From Amoeboaphelidium protococcarum X5 (Eukaryota > Fungi > Aphelidiomycota): a stretch of DNA of 64,000 bases. Shown here piece by piece: positions 38,646-53,219 of this stretch (its first letter is position 1; every line of letters begins with the position of its first letter). The position numbers and the translations under genes were made by a program. The notes under the pieces were generated by a model. The model did no database searches. It was given only the letters and a program-made list of their open reading frames with translations, and had not been told where the DNA came from. The stretch is from positions 407,147 to 471,146 of the forward strand of contig JALDTO010000155.1 in assembly GCA_023515725.1 (NCBI GenBank). Direction: 5' to 3'.

Positions 38646-39098
38646 ATGCAGCTACACATTGCTTTACATATGTTCAGTATTCCTTTGCTTGCATTGGCTT
38701 TGGTTCAATAATAATCAAGCTCATAATGCAGTGACGCGTCGGCCTGTTTGGGATACCAATTTTGCTAGTTTGATGCTGTCAACTCAATCACCTCCACTGG
38801 AAATTCCACCGGCCTATGTGCCAATAAATTTGAGCTAGGAAACAATTGCACTTCCAATGATTAGTGTATATCAGGCCTGTGTGAAACTGACTCCTCAATG
38901 ATGAATGATACTTAGTCGTCGATGATATGTGTCCTAGATGAAACAACGGCTCAAGTAGGATAGGCCATCTCACAGGCTCTTCTGACCACCATTATCGTTT
39001 CTTTGGTATTGTCCATACTGGGCTGCCTGTGTGTATCCGGAATCATCTATATGGCGTGGAAAGGTACTATCAGCTGCTTCAAATGCTGCAAAAAATGA
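38646..39098 (+). CDS. Small type-I membrane protein with Cys-rich ectodomain, 150 aa
   Basis: Signal peptide; 8-Cys ectodomain (CSDASAC..FC..C..GNNCTSNDQCISGLC..C); TM helix; Cys-rich tail SCFKCCKK. Confidence 0.75.
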
Positions 39099-39274
39099 TT
39101 TATAAAGCGATGAAATCTATTTCTCATGCTCGATTTGATTTATTACTTGAAACAACTCGACTCAACGCGTTTCAGTTTTTCGTGTTTCAACCATTCCCCA
39201 ATTTTCTTGCATTATTTTGCTCCAACAACAACATCAGTATCTTACTCTTAAAAGCACCTAGTAGCAGAATAATT

Positions 39275-40366
39275 ATGGATCAAGTACCGTAAAATTTCTT
39301 CGTTGTGTATATTTTGTACTCATCGCACACCAAATCCTATTATATTGGCTCGACACCGGATCCCATCAGACGTCTACAGCAACACAATGGCCTGATCGTT
39401 GGTGGTGCAAAGAAAACTGCCAAATGTAAAAAGTCCTATAAGAAAGATGTCATTGCTCCCATAACTAAAAGACCCTGGGAAATGGTCTTGTTCACATACG
39501 GATTTCTTGATCGAAAGTCTTGCCTCAAATTTGAATGGGCTCTGTAGCATCCGCATGAATCGAAGGACTTTTCGTATGTTTGGAGGTAGACCGAATAAAG
39601 TAACGCCGATAAGAGGGATAATAATGGACGTAGAAGAAAACGAGGTCAGGCCAGAACTCTATAAGAATGCATAATGATGCTAAGTTTACTACTCAACAGT
39701 CCTAAATGGGATAGGTGGTCATTGCGTGTTCACATCTTTACCGATTCTTGTGCTGAAACAATGGCCATTGTTAACAGCTCTTTCGACATGTCAGGCGTGT
39801 AGAAGAAATATTACTAAAAGGAGTGGATAAACTTTGTTACGTGGGACAATGTTATATTCACGTATGGTCATTTCCGATCTCTTGCTCAGGATCTTCAAGA
39901 TCGCTTGTATTTCGATAATACCGTAGTCCTCACGTAGTATAAAGATATGATCCAGAGATGTTTCGAAATTGATTGCCATTTATGTGGACATCCTATAGAT
40001 CTATCTCTGCCTTAGACATTTGTCGTGTGTCGCAAGTTGCAATGCCAAAGCACATGTCACCTTTTCTGTATGGCGCAGTACTTCCTGAAAATCGAAGGTA
40101 AAGATATGGGGTCGATTCTACTGCCTAAACATGGCCAGTGTCCAAAATGTAAATTGGATCTGTGGTGGGCAGACTTGATACGTGGACTAAAGGTTCGCAC
40201 GTGGCACAAGGCTCTTATTGAAGGAAAATCATTGGAGAATGGCGACGATTCAGATGTTGTGTCAGACGTTGCTTTTAATCAGGCGCGGATTAGTGATGAT
40301 GACGATGATGATGAATTAGGAAACCAAGATGACTACAAAGATGTGCTATCCACTACTATAGATTGA
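39275..40366 (+). CDS. SLX1: GIY-YIG structure-specific endonuclease Slx1
   Basis: VYIL..YIGSTPDPIRRLQQHNG..GGAKKT, RPWEMV, LKFEWALQ(TAG)HP, C-terminal RING-like C..HLFC..CPKC..W. Confidence 0.93.
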
Positions 40367-40399
40367 ATTTATCAAAAATTATTCTTTGCACATACGTGG

Positions 40400-40819
40400 T
40401 CATGCAAATTTAAAGTCATAAATTCTCTTGATGTGATAAACTGAATTTAAAGCGCCTAGAGTGCCAACGAGAAGAGGCATCATCTTACGCGTTCTCAATC
40501 CTCGAGGCAACATGGCCCCAGTCAACAGCAGACTAACCACTACAGCACATTGATTGTACAATTTAGAGTTAATTAGAGCGAAATATATATCATACCTAAG
40601 GCGGCTTCATGTCCGTAATCACTGCCTTACTAGAACATGTAACCGGTATACGCGTATGCAAGACCAATACCGACTCCTGCGAACAGAGACGGCCTGGAAC
40701 GTTTACTGATGTATCCCGCAAGACCACCAACAGAGCCTACATGAACACTAATTTCATAAGCTGTATACTAAAATATTCTTACATAATCCAGCCATGGTAA
40801 AGCTTAAATGTTCAGCCAT
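40400..40819 (-). CDS. TMEM14-family membrane protein (two introns)
   Basis: MAEHLSFTMAGL/CSVGGLAGYISKRSRPSLFAGVGIG..AMLPRGLRTRKMMP. Confidence 0.85.
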
Positions 40820-41370
40820 TATTCTTTACAATTGTGGATAATTTATCGCGATTTGAGAGAAAAATAATTAATCTTCGACAAAGGCAAAGAAACTACACAC
40901 TCGAAACTCAACGTTGCACCTCTTTTTGAAGCGGACATCTCAATTTGAAAGTAGCATGTGAGTACTGTAAATACTTTGTAGGTGAGATCAGCTTAAATAA
41001 TAATTATGTGCTATGTCTTTTAAATTTATCAAGAAGGTGTGTATTGAGACAGTATCATCACTTTTATTTCCCTTACACAGTACGTTTATCATTCGACAGC
41101 TATTGTTATTCTTGTACTTGAGATTACTACAGCTTCAACTTTTAGTACTCTTACTGTCTCTCCTGTAACATTTTTACATCTTGCTCCTTCAAACGCTCTT
41201 GCTACATTGGCCTGTGCAACATACTATCACCAGAATATTTTAATTGCAGCACAGTACGATACTACTATAACACTCCTGCAGATTAGTCTGGACAAAATGA
41301 TAACTTGAAGAAAAAAAACACTTGATAGCTAGCTATTTAATTGACTTTATTTTATAATTATTATTCTCAG

Positions 41371-42498
41371 TCACTGAAACGCGTATTTGTAAACGCGAGC
41401 CTTCATAACATTTTCCCAACTCCGTTCGAGTACGCGTCCAAACACTGGCTCCTGGTCAACGACCACAAGATCCTGATCGTATGACTTGAGAGAATCATAA
41501 TCACCATTAACGACAAGGGAGCGAGGCATTAAAACGCGCCCGTCTTTGTACAACTGCGGCACGGTTTAATCTTCATAGGATGATCTGAAGAACGATAGGC
41601 CTCTCACTACAAGATCCTCCCTCTTCACCAAGAACTATTACGCATTCCAGGAACAAGATTACAACTCCTGTCTAATGTCTTCTTTTGTAAATACCAAACC
41701 AGAAGTCTATTCTAATAGCAGGCAAACATAGCGATGAATGCTAGTACCGCTCTAAGGATGCGGTGGAACGAATGGCATCACTTCAACACCGTCTACATCA
41801 CCGTGTTTTATATTAGAACATATATATAGCGGAAGTGGTTGAACAACTTATTGGGAATCCAAGGGATAGTCTGCATCTACCATCATGAAGGTGTACAGTG
41901 CATTTTCATTATCAATGTCAAAAGAGATGGACGGTTTACCAGTACAGGTCTATGACGCAGAGATTACATTGCCTCGGAGCACATTATTACCCTTCCCACC
42001 AAAAGACACTTTAAAATTCTTGAATCCAGCCTTTAATTCTTTCACATCTCCATCAGCAATATCAAGTTATTATTATTATTATTTACCAATAACATCAAAA
42101 GCAGAGGGAAACAGAGAAGCCGTCTTGGTGGGTAGAACATCACGCAAAACATGAAAGTAACGCGCCATTATCGCCGTCCTCTCAAATCCATACGCGCGTC
42201 TATACTCTTCATCATTCATGTGCCAGCTAGCTTTCACTTCCAACAGCGGCTTATCAAATAGTCCAATTGTATCATTAGACTTGTGTAATTCAGGCTCAAG
42301 TTGCAATTTGAGAACGGCATATTCAGATAATAGACTCTAAAGATTATTATTATCATCATCAGCGCCGGTCTTTTAAGCAGCCTATATCTCAGCCTAAAGC
42401 ATCTTCAGTTACGCCAGTTTGCCACCATTATGTGATACCGCTTACTAGAGATAACGCTAGAATTTCAAATTTTATAAAACGCGACTAGAACGTAGCAT
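41371..42498 (-). CDS. Mitochondrial ribosomal protein mL38/MrpL35 (PEBP fold)
   Basis: Mitochondrial-targeting-like N-terminus, VLRDVLP, YTFMMVDADYP, PFVPPHPQSGTSIHRYVCLLLEQ; poly-TAA Gln run at about 42067-42081. Confidence 0.7.
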
Positions 42499-42725
42499 TG
42501 CTCTTTTATCGACTATTTTTATATCACTTTCTTTTCTTACCTGAATAAAATTAGTCCAACTTGCCGTTACTGCTCGAGCTAACGATCCAGTGAAAGCTTT
42601 CTTCTTCTTTTCCCTTTTAAACGCGCGCTCGAATTGAACCGAATTCATCATCAGCTTTTCTTATTCTTTTTGGATTGTATTAGATACAGTATTGGAATTT
42701 AGTAGAATTAAAATAGTAATAAAAT

Positions 42726-42981
42726 ATGAGTGGTAGATAAGGCGGAAAATTGAAGCCATTGAAAAAGGCCAAGAATGCTAACAAAGACTTGGATGAAGAT
42801 GATATTGAATTCAAGAGGAAGCAGAAGGAGGAACAGGCTAAGATTAAGGAGCTATAAGCTAAAGCTTCCGGTCGTGGTCCATTACGTAGGATCATTATAA
42901 TTACTATATAGTATAAATTCTGTTTTATTTCTAAATACGTATGTAGTTGGTGGTGGAATTAAAAAGAGTGGTAAAAAGTGA
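42726..42981 (+). CDS. TMA7: Translation machinery-associated protein 7; intron 42886-42946
   Basis: MSGRQ(TAA)GGKLKPLKKAK..DEDDIEFKRKQKEEQ..GPL/LGGGIKKSGKK*. Confidence 0.95.
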
Positions 42982-43054
42982 TTCTAGAATATACTCCATT
43001 CAATGACATTGTCCTCTTAAATTATGATAGATATCCTGGATTGTGTACAACTAT

Positions 43055-44892
43055 TCAGAGCTTATACTTTTCAGATAGATAGAATTAAAGATGGCTCCGC
43101 ACCACAGCAGGATCAGCATTTTAATCGAGTGCTCTCATTGTCTGGCCCATGAGATAGACTTCAATTTTGGCCAACTGCTTCTTACTCTTAGCTGATTGTG
43201 GATTCTATTGCACCTTTATCAACTAAGATACCGTTTTTGGATTAGACTGTAGAATTTTGTCAACAACATCTCTCAGTTTATCTTCAGCTAAATTGCTATT
43301 TATATTCACGTAATCTTCTACGGCAAATCTGGTATCAGATGGACGCGTCTTCATCAATTAGTCTAAATATTTACAGACTATGGGCTTGAGATGGTGATGA
43401 AATATCTTCTTCTCTTCCATAGCAATGGCAAGTCCACGCACCAGGTCTACAGGTATCACAAAGTCATCAACATCTTGTTAGATGCCAGTTCTTTCATGTT
43501 CAAACTAGTAACGAGCTAGTGTAATATCGCGACTCACCATCTCTCCCTGCAATTCATTCATTATTATATTGGCGGCATATTTCTATAACTTTTACCTCTT
43601 CTGCATTACATACTTATCAAGAGTCGCACATACAGCCATGAGATACTCGAATGCACCGGGTATTGCGCGCAAATTGTTGATAAGCTGAGGTGATATACTT
43701 CTAGCAGAGTCAGTAGATTCTATTTCATAATCAATGTATCGAGTGTAATCTTCCAACTATGCGCTTATGGAAATTTAATCAAGAAGATGACCAAATGGGG
43801 GTAGTTCAGGATCCGGGATGTATCTATAATCTGTCAATTCGTCTTTAACTCTCATGGGAACTGTGACGCCAAGCTCATCATCAAATGACAATGTACAAGC
43901 CTCAACCACTCCACCACTCGACTTGAGTTCAATTTATCGTTCCCTTTCAGCATCAATCGCATCCTGTACACTTTTCACGCTATTTAAATTCTTAATCTCA
44001 CACTTGACGCCGATCTGATATGATGATTATGATTAAGTATCTAATTTTGATCCAGATTCACTGATGGATATGTTAACATCCACCCGCAAAGATCCTTCAT
44101 CCATGTTGGCATCTGAAATGTCAAAAGTCCTCAAGAGCCATGACAACTTTTTAATAAACTACACCACCTGGAAACTACTCTCAAAATCTGGCAATGTAAC
44201 TATTTCCACAAGCCCAATGCCAGCGCGATTATGATCAATTGCAATCACATCACTATTACTAAAACGATTCTCACCACCATGACCGTCAATGATAGACGAC
44301 TTGATTATGATTGATTTGGCGGTATCTTGCTCCAGCTAAAGTTACTATATCCGAATATCAGTCGCGTTCTAATAGTCTGAATCTCTAAAAATTTTGAGTA
44401 TTCCATTCCTTGCAATTGGCTCATACTTTTGAGTAATCTGATAGCCTTGAGGAAGATCATGGTAAAAGTAGTGCTTACGATCAAATCGACTCTAGGGATT
44501 CACTTAACATTTAAGCACTTTAGCCAGTAGTTTTACGCGTCTCAAAATATTTTACTCCAATGGAAACCTCTACATATCAAATAATAATGTATTATACTCA
44601 TAAATAGGAGAACTATAACATGATTAACAATCAACATACCGGCAGAGTTCCAGGTAGAGCCAAATCGATTGAATTTATGCAGCTATTAGGAGAGATTTGA
44701 GTCAAATGACCAGCGATCTAAGTATCTACATACTGGTATGAAGTTTATGCACAAGATATGATACAGATAATCTGGAATAATAATATAGGTACCAGAAAAT
44801 AGCTTAGTATTAGCTCTGAGTTACGCGTGAATTTCAAGCCCAATTTTTGTTCGAAACATTTCATTCATTACTGAGCGATGATGAAAGGACAT
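43055..44892 (-). CDS. GATB: Mitochondrial Glu-tRNA(Gln) amidotransferase subunit B; introns about 44726-44792 and 44570-44639
   Basis: IGLEIHAQ(TAA)[70 protein letters not shown]. Confidence 0.92.
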
Positions 44893-45012
44893 TTCAATTA
44901 TATCAGCGCTGCGATCATAATGGCCCTAACGTGCAAACGACTATTAATCAGGAAATGATGAATATAATAATATTAATTATTGAGAAATTTGTATATATAT
45001 TAAAAAATGACA

Positions 45013-48000
45013 TCATTCTTGTGGTGTATGTACATTGAAAATTAACTTGCAAACGTACAAATTAAGGTCTTGAGGTGTAAACTTGAGACTTGTAAAGTCC
45101 AACTAGAACTCCTTGGCTTTGAGAACGCATTCAGGATGTATACGGCTGTACATCTAGAATCGTTCAATCAACTATCGCTCGCGATCTTCGAAAGGATACT
45201 TGTACAACATTGGCGAGGTGTAATGAGAGTCTTTGGTCAAATTCGAGCCTGCAATATACGACTCTTTCTAATGAAAGTTCATAAGCAGAGTAGCCCGGTA
45301 AGCATTAACAACAGTGGATCGCACAAGACTAGCCAGCGATTATGCATGTACTATTGACCCATCAAGTAGAGGACCAAACATTGGCAACTTGGAATCTTTG
45401 TATATCCGAATGGTGAAATAATCTTGTTCTTTCTAATCTGCACTGGGCGGTCTAATTATAATGACAACATTACCGTAATCGCCAGCTATGGTGCCATTCC
45501 TGTACAGCTTACTATGCTCATCCCAGACGATGTGAACATGGTCATTGCCAATGTGACGCTTCTTCTTAATCTAACGCGGATCTTCTGGGTCTGACGGCAT
45601 TCTAGTAACGTCGTGATACACAATTTCAACCAGATCACTGTGATAACAAATAGCTGTCCTACCAGAAGAACCTGATCTTTCCAATCCTCCAACATAACCT
45701 TTATACGAGGACAACTCCACTTCTTCGCCTAGTTGATGTGCAAACCAATCGAATCGATCACTAATATTCCCTGATTGAATGTCATTTTACAGAATAGAAC
45801 ACTCATCATCTTGCCCCGAGGCAACGTAAATTAGTGCAACCTTCACCGCTTCCTTCTTACCAATCCATTGATTGAGCGGAGATTGTTAATCTACTTTAGA
45901 AGAATCCATAAAATTTTGCTATGGAACAGCTTGAGAAGGTGATTAACTCTACAGAGTGGACTGCATTGAGTTTGAATATTAACTATACACAGAATCAGAC
46001 ACCTCCTATAATTACCAAATAAAACTGCCTCCTCCATACGCAGAAGGAGAAAGAGAGCCAATCTTTGACAAGAGTTACCATAGTACATGTTGAGCAGCAC
46101 TACGAACGGCCAAGCTGTCCACAGCAGAATCATTCACTTTCAACGGACTCAACTGATCATCATCACCAGAAGAAGATTATGATTCAGAGTCCACAGATTA
46201 CTCCGGGTGAGCTTTTAAGTCTTTGGCAACTTCATAATGAATGCCATTATCGACAACTTCACATATCTACTTCATAAGCTATAAATCGCTGCAGACCAAC
46301 TGTGGCATTTAAGAAATCCAAGCCATTAAACAGTACAACAACCGCACAGATATGATGACATTGATCTACGTGCCAGATGAGCCATTTCTGAAATACATTT
46401 ATTCCAAAATAGCTCCAGCTAGTTTATTGATAACTCCTTTGTAGGCATCATTGGCGAACGCGTCATATGAGGCAACCAGAGACAATAGAGTAAGACAATC
46501 CACCGATATATGAATAACATCCAAAGACGACGTGTAGAGCTAGTTGAGAATAATGTTAAGAGCAAATTCGGTAAACTCGATGCACTGACTATTGCGAGAG
46601 TCGATAGCCATACCAGACACAGCCATTGATGTGACGAGGCACATAAGAAATGATATCCTCTTCACAACGTTCATGGTCTTTTCAAATTATAAAGATTCTC
46701 GAAGCAATTACTACACAAGTTTAACTGCATTCAGCGTAATCATATCATGAACTCCTAGTGATCGACAAAACAATCTCGGCACAATAGCAGATAGGACAGT
46801 TAAACCAGAGTCCATAGAATCAGCACTTAATTCACATCTATCATTCTAAAAGCCGGAGACATCTAACCCAAGTGCATCATTTATAAACGGTTCTATTGCT
46901 GCAGAATCTTACAATACAAACCGCCTCACGCATTCTAACATATAAAGCTAAACTTCATCAGGCACTAGAGAGTCGTTGGAGAACAAATGGGAGCATATAG
47001 GTAAGAGAACATTGACGTATTTAGGCTGAAGCAGGTACATGCGGACAATAAGAACAAAGTCAATGTATGAATCCAGGGGGATGTTAGAACGAACAGTTTA
47101 ATCGCATACACCTAGACGCAGAACCAAACAGTAACCTTTGATAGCGGGAGCAACCAGCGACGCATCCATCTTGACATTTAAACAAATCTGTCGGAATTCA
47201 CTCATAAATACATCACACGGAGCTAAGCAATGATCAGCATAAGATTACTGCCATCGAACATCACATAATTAGACGGTGATCTCAGAGTAACATTCTATCA
47301 ACTTTGACATCACTATAGCATCTTGGGTAGAGGTATAGTCAAGTCTGGAACATAACTAGGCAGTGACAGAATTCCAGATATCTCTAATAACTGATCCATC
47401 ACCAGTAAATTCAAACTCGTAGTCTTTATAGAATTAAATTTACGACATAACAGTCTTGATTCTGGTCAAAATTTGTTAGAAAGCACTATTGCTGGTGGCA
47501 GTCTGTACTTACTGCGTAATCAGTTCATTCTCCGACAGAGGACTAAGTAAGAGCTCCGATTTAATGGCACTTGCCAGAGCAGTGTTCATTGTTGCAGCTT
47601 TCGTAGACTGACTGGATGATCGAACTCTATCTTTACCAATGTCAATCGGATCACTGTGACGATACTAAATCTTTGGCTTGGTGTCCGACTATACAGGAGG
47701 TGGTGACTGGGATACATTCTAACTTACATAATCTCTACCTTTAGTAATAGTGGATTTGGTCCTCTTTTTTAACTACGCTTACTCTGAATCTTTAAGACAA
47801 TAATGCTTGATGAGGAGACGCGAAATGATCTTTAAATGTCTGCATATACAATTGACGAACGGTGAACTTCTCAGAAATTTGTCTTAAACACTGAGCTCTT
47901 CAAATACATACTGCCACATTACAGTATCTGTAAATCGCATAAGAGCTATGAACAGTATATCAAGCACGCTTTCGAGCAACTTTCGCAGCTCAACTTGAGG

Positions 48001-49374
48001 AAACAAATGGATGGACAGCAGGTGCTTTATCAGCGATGTAAGCGACTTTACAGTGGATTTCATTGTAGATTAATCATCACGACCAGCATGAGATAGTATG
48101 AAAGCCTTATATAAAGTGAGCACCTATTCAGCAGCGTATAATTATAAATCTACGGCGAATATGTCATTAAATGTAAAGAACGAATTCATAATTCCAAAGC
48201 ACTAGTCTGCAGATAAATGAGGCAACTAACTGTCAGCACTCACCTCATGATGAGATAAGCCAATCTCCTTGAAAAGGCAAACTTGCAATACAAGTAAAGA
48301 CTAATCGATGAGATGACGATGAAGGTCTTGATTATAATCCACGGTAGAAACTGGCAGCTAATTGTAAATCTTTGCAGCCAAACCAACCAGATCTTACCAA
48401 AGTTACTTATCCTCTTTACTAAAAGCCAGAACAGATAGAGATTAACCATCCACTTTTTCTATGCAGCATTATGGCAAGATGTAATTGGTGTAGAAGCAGA
48501 GAATCTGATGCAAAATCAAGTGGGGAAACATCTTGAACTATTAATATGAAGAGGATCGCCTATTAAGGAACCGAAGAATGTACTAGTCTTTAAACATCTA
48601 CCACATATAAAGCAAGGATTCTTTCATGCTGTAATCATCCAGATCAATTTTATTTTCCTTTATGGAATGCGAATGGTCAGAGTACATAACAGCGATCTGA
48701 ATAAAATTCTTAAATACGCAATCCAACGTAGTGCAAAGCTGCTTCTCATTTTGATCATCTATCAGCTAATCTGGAATAATATTGGGAACTTGAACAAAAA
48801 TGTTCTACTGCAGAGAAGCGTCAACATCTTTGACATCTAAATAATGGTCAAATATTTATAAAGGTATAGCGTTCGCATAGAATTACAATTGCCAACTACC
48901 ATCAGCACATGATGAACCTCTGCGACTCATTTGCAGCAGGAGTAAATCGAACCCACAACTTCGAAGAGAAGTTCTATTACCTGAGGCCATCAAAGATTCA
49001 ATAATAGTTTTACAAGTTTTATCACATACATCAGAGTTGAGGATTTCAAGTGAAGAGAGAGACAGGAAGCCACGCATAATTAAAACTATTTACTGAATGC
49101 ATTGCAAGTGCTTAGACATGGTATGAATAGTGCTCTACGGTGCTTGATTCATACTCCCAGCCATCTGACTAATCTTCAGCTTAACTTACACCAATGCTTC
49201 AGGAAGTAATTACAAAATAGTCGAACAATACTCTGCGTAAACCATCTTTTACTCATCTACAGTCGCTTCTAACACCACCTGATACAGAACTTGAAGCCTC
49301 TACCTAGCTTTCAATTTCTAGTCAGTGAGAGGCTTCAACTTCTTACCCAATTTTTACTGTACCTACTCATCCAT
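45013..49374 (-). CDS. Rap-GAP-domain protein, most like RalGAP alpha (about 1450 aa)
   Basis: C-terminal [46 protein letters not shown]; N-terminal [10 protein letters not shown]...RLQVL resembles RalGAPA. Confidence 0.8.
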
Positions 49375-49788
49375 ATGCCGTTTTTATTACTACAGCACCT
49401 ATTACCAATGTAAACAGTGTGAACTTTACAACGATAAATGTGTTGGACGAGGAGGAAAGTGAAAGAAACTGTACGCGCCGCTCTTCTGTACATAGAGTAT
49501 CAATAAGGAAACATTCACCTTATGGCATTCAAACTCATTGAGAGAAGGAATTATGTGCATTGAACTCAAGATTATTCAGTAATTAGATGGAGAATTGATT
49601 TTATACTGGGTTGAATTTTTTTCTGTAGGATTCAGTATTGAGCACATTGCTTTAAGGAGATTCTTAAAACTCTTAGTCCATTCAAGCGCCGACAATCAAA
49701 GCGATCAAACAAAGTTGCCTCTCTTTCGTATTTAGTACACTTCAACTGTGTTTATCGTAAGAAATTGCTTTATCGTTATTGAATTGGC

Positions 49789-52164
49789 ATGATAGATATG
49801 AATAACTTCAAGAGACATAATTAGGACTCCTTTAATTGGGATGAAGACAAAATAGATAAGGTGTAGGTGAATGACAACACTACCACCGGTCCGTAGAAAG
49901 TGCGATAGAGAAAAGGTTGTTTCAAGTTCTTCGCCAACAATTGGGTGCTGCGAAACATTCCCAAAGCGGGCAGATTTATGATTTAGAAGATTGCTGTGTT
50001 TATCCTATGCCTTCTTCCAGGATTCTTAGATATTATTATTCATAAGGTGGTGACCAATTCCAAGATACTGAATGGATTTCCCACCACATCGTACACAACA
50101 GTTGGCGGATTTTCACTAATGTTCTGGTCGCTGTTTGTTGGCATTGCCTACTTGTCCTTCTATGCTTGCCAGCTCATTGTTGGGATTTTACCAGGAATCC
50201 TGCTGCGTATCATCAACTTTTCTTACGATTACATTCCACCTGCAGCTCAGCTTTATGTTGATTACTTGAGAGATCTCCGAGGATATGTCTCCACTCTGGT
50301 ATACATTGTGGTACTTGAGATCTCGTTCTATATTATATTTCGGCCTGATTAGCATACGAATCCGGAAGATTAATGGCGAACTGCAGTGCAGAATATCATA
50401 TCATCACTGCTAGCTCTTTCAGTTTTTATGACTGTATAAAAGTTTATGGTGCAGATTATCGCCACAAAGTTTCATCGCTAAGCTTATATGGAAAGGATTA
50501 GGCAGGTGAACTATGAGTCTCAAATTATCAATTATCTGCACTTGGAGGCCAGGAAGATTTTGCGAGAAAAGTAGGCCGTGATGACCAGTCTTCATCACGA
50601 AAGATTGAAGTAGAATTTGGCCAACAGATAGAACAAACATTTTCGTGGTGCCAAAGATGATGCTGAGGTTAGTGGAAGAACTTTGAATGAGTCGGCGGCT
50701 AATGCTTTTCTGCGTCCACCTTTGTCAGAGGTTAAGCGTGCAAATTCGCTGACTGGAATGTTTCGAAAGTAGGTGTCATTTGATGGAGGCAGAGTTGTTG
50801 GCGATCGAAGCTCTGCTGATCCATTTCTGCCTTAGCAAGGTGCCGAGTAACAACAATAGTTGTAGTAATAAGCTGAGTTGGACGTTTTAAATGGAAAAGC
50901 GGCAGAAGATCCAATTAAGCAATCTACTGCGGAAGATAATTAGATATTAAATGAAAGTACATGGCACTCGGCCACTACCAACTCGCCTGGACATCGGCAC
51001 AACTCCAAGAGTATCACATCGATTGGCGATCTGCAAGATGAGGTCTCAGTGTCTACCGACTCATTGGCCAAAGAGAATCACGGCGCGCGTGCATTTCTAA
51101 AGCTGGCCAAAGATATTGGTAAAGGTATCACAAATGTTAAGGACGCTGGACGAGTGGCGAAGAAGATCTTTGATGGTCTCTGTTGGGAAACGACAGAATA
51201 CATTGCTCTGCATTCCCGGCGTCCATACAAGTATTAGATACCAAACGATGCTGATCAGTCTTAAATTCACCTTAATTGCTTCCTGTCTCTATTCAAGACT
51301 TAGGAAGAGGCAGAGAGGGCATTCTTGATATTTGATCGAGATTTCACTGGGACGATTAGCAAGTAGGAACTGAAAGACGCTGTCGTTGGGATGTACAAAG
51401 AGAGGAAAGAGTTGTCGAGCTCCTTACGCGATGTAGGTTCAGCCGTGGGGAAATTGGACAATGTTCTGGTCATCATGGTTGTCCTCTTGGCGTGTATGAC
51501 TGCATTGCTCATATTTGGCGTCCCAATTGGGTCATACCTGCTCACATCGATTTCAGTGCTATTCGCTGCGACATTTGTGTTTGGTAACTCTGCCAGGAAC
51601 ATGTTTGAGGGAATCATATTCCTGTTTGTCACCCATCCGTACGATGTAGGAGACCGTGTTTTCATTGACAATAATAATTATATAGTGAAAGAGCTGGGTA
51701 TTTTGTACACTGTCCTAGAGAAGTGGGATGGTCAAGTTATATACAGTCCAAATTCGGTGCTTGCTACAAAAGATATTACTAATGTCAGGCGATCTCCTAA
51801 CTAGATTGAAACTGTGGAGGTGCATCTTGCTTATGATACCAGTGCTGAACTCATTTAAACTTTTAGATAGAAGCTTAATGAATACGTGCAGACAGAGTCG
51901 AAGGACTTTATGCCCAAGATTGATCTGGTTCCTTTCGAGATTGAGGCAATGAACAAGATCAAGTATTATATTTACTTGGAGCACCGCAATAATTGGTAAG
52001 ACTCTGGGAGACGATGGCAGCGGCATGCCAAGTTTATGAATTTCTTACGCGAGACTCTGATCACACTGGGCATAGTGTACCATCCTATGCAATAGCCTAT
52101 ACACGTGCAGAAGATGACAGAGGAGGCCAGATAGGAGATTATAAACATGGCTCGAGAGAAATGA
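49789..52164 (+). CDS. MscS-like mechanosensitive channel (Msy1/Msy2 type) with EF-hand
   Basis: TM-rich N-terminus; EF-hand FDRDFTGTISKQE; FVFGNSARNMFEGIIFLFVTHPYDVGDRV, PNSVL..ITNVRRS. Confidence 0.93.
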
Positions 52165-52274
52165 CATATGAGTAAAAATGTTTAGCACTTTTCCTATTAT
52201 TCTACTAACTTTTAAAGATTCATTCAGTATTCTCATCGTACCAACCAACCCGCTCCCATCCAACTGTGATTCGC

Positions 52275-53219
52275 TCATTAAGGAGCAGCAGGTCCAACCA
52301 CTTAAACCACATTGTTGTATAGGATATAATCGGTCAACATTACCATCGCAATAGTGCCACCGATAATGGTTCCCAAGCCCAGCAAAGAGCCAAAAATTGC
52401 TACTAATGGACTTCCAAAAAAGACAGAAAGCATAATTATGGTGATACCAGCAGTCAAAGGAACTAAAACATCCGCAAAGACCATACCAACATTTCTACGA
52501 TAGATCTTCCTCTTGATCAAATCCACATCAGCTGTGATATTCTATTCACCATCAACACTGGCAACAGGGAAGGAATTATCATATGCAGAGTAAGGATAAG
52601 TGTTCTTATTTATCACACCTATGGCATCATTGACCGTGTCATAAAACATGTATTTCCTGAAGCAATAATCTAACTTTGCGCAATCGGTATCGATGATGCA
52701 CTTGTTCAGCGCAATAGTCTACTAGCCACCTAATTTACACAAGCTGACAGCAAAATCAGCCTGCTGGGAATAGCTCTTCAATCTCTCATCATTATTGACA
52801 TTGCATTGCTACAGCTTGTCCTACAGCTTCTAGCAATAAGCCCCACAGTACTTGAATTCAGCGGTAAGCAGCTTCTAACTTGCAGAAGTGAACTCTTCCG
52901 TAGTCACCTCGTAATTGCCAGTGGCATCAGCAAATTTGTAAATAGATCCCAGGCTAACCTTTTCTTAACCAGGTGTAGATAGAGCTGCACCCTTCATATT
53001 AAATTTCTTCACTTCATCGCGCTTTATAATGCCATCCTTGTCCTTGTCCATCTCCTGGAAAGCTTCAACAATCTTCTATGACGCGACACCCATGTCATTA
53101 CCAAAATACAGATCCAGCAGAGTAGTGCTCTCCAAAGGACCATCGCATTTGTTCTTCTTACGCGCATCTATCGGAATGAAGAGCACAGAGACCGCCGCTA
53201 GTAGTATAATCGCTTTCAT
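52275..53219 (-). CDS. Secreted two-EF-hand, 8-Cys protein with C-terminal hydrophobic hairpin, copy 3 (314 aa)
   Basis: MKAIILLAAVSVLFIPIDA; DKDKDGIIKRDE; DATGNYEVTTEE; CGAYC..; LIKRKIYRR|NVGMVFADVLVPLTAGITIIMLSVFFGSPLVAIFGSLLGLGTIIGGTIAMVML. Confidence 0.85.

Noticed and set aside
40950-41335. Possible small gene (Gln-rich minus-strand frame or Cys-rich plus-strand frame)
   Set aside because: No convincing start or splice model and no recognisable motif; RNA data are needed.
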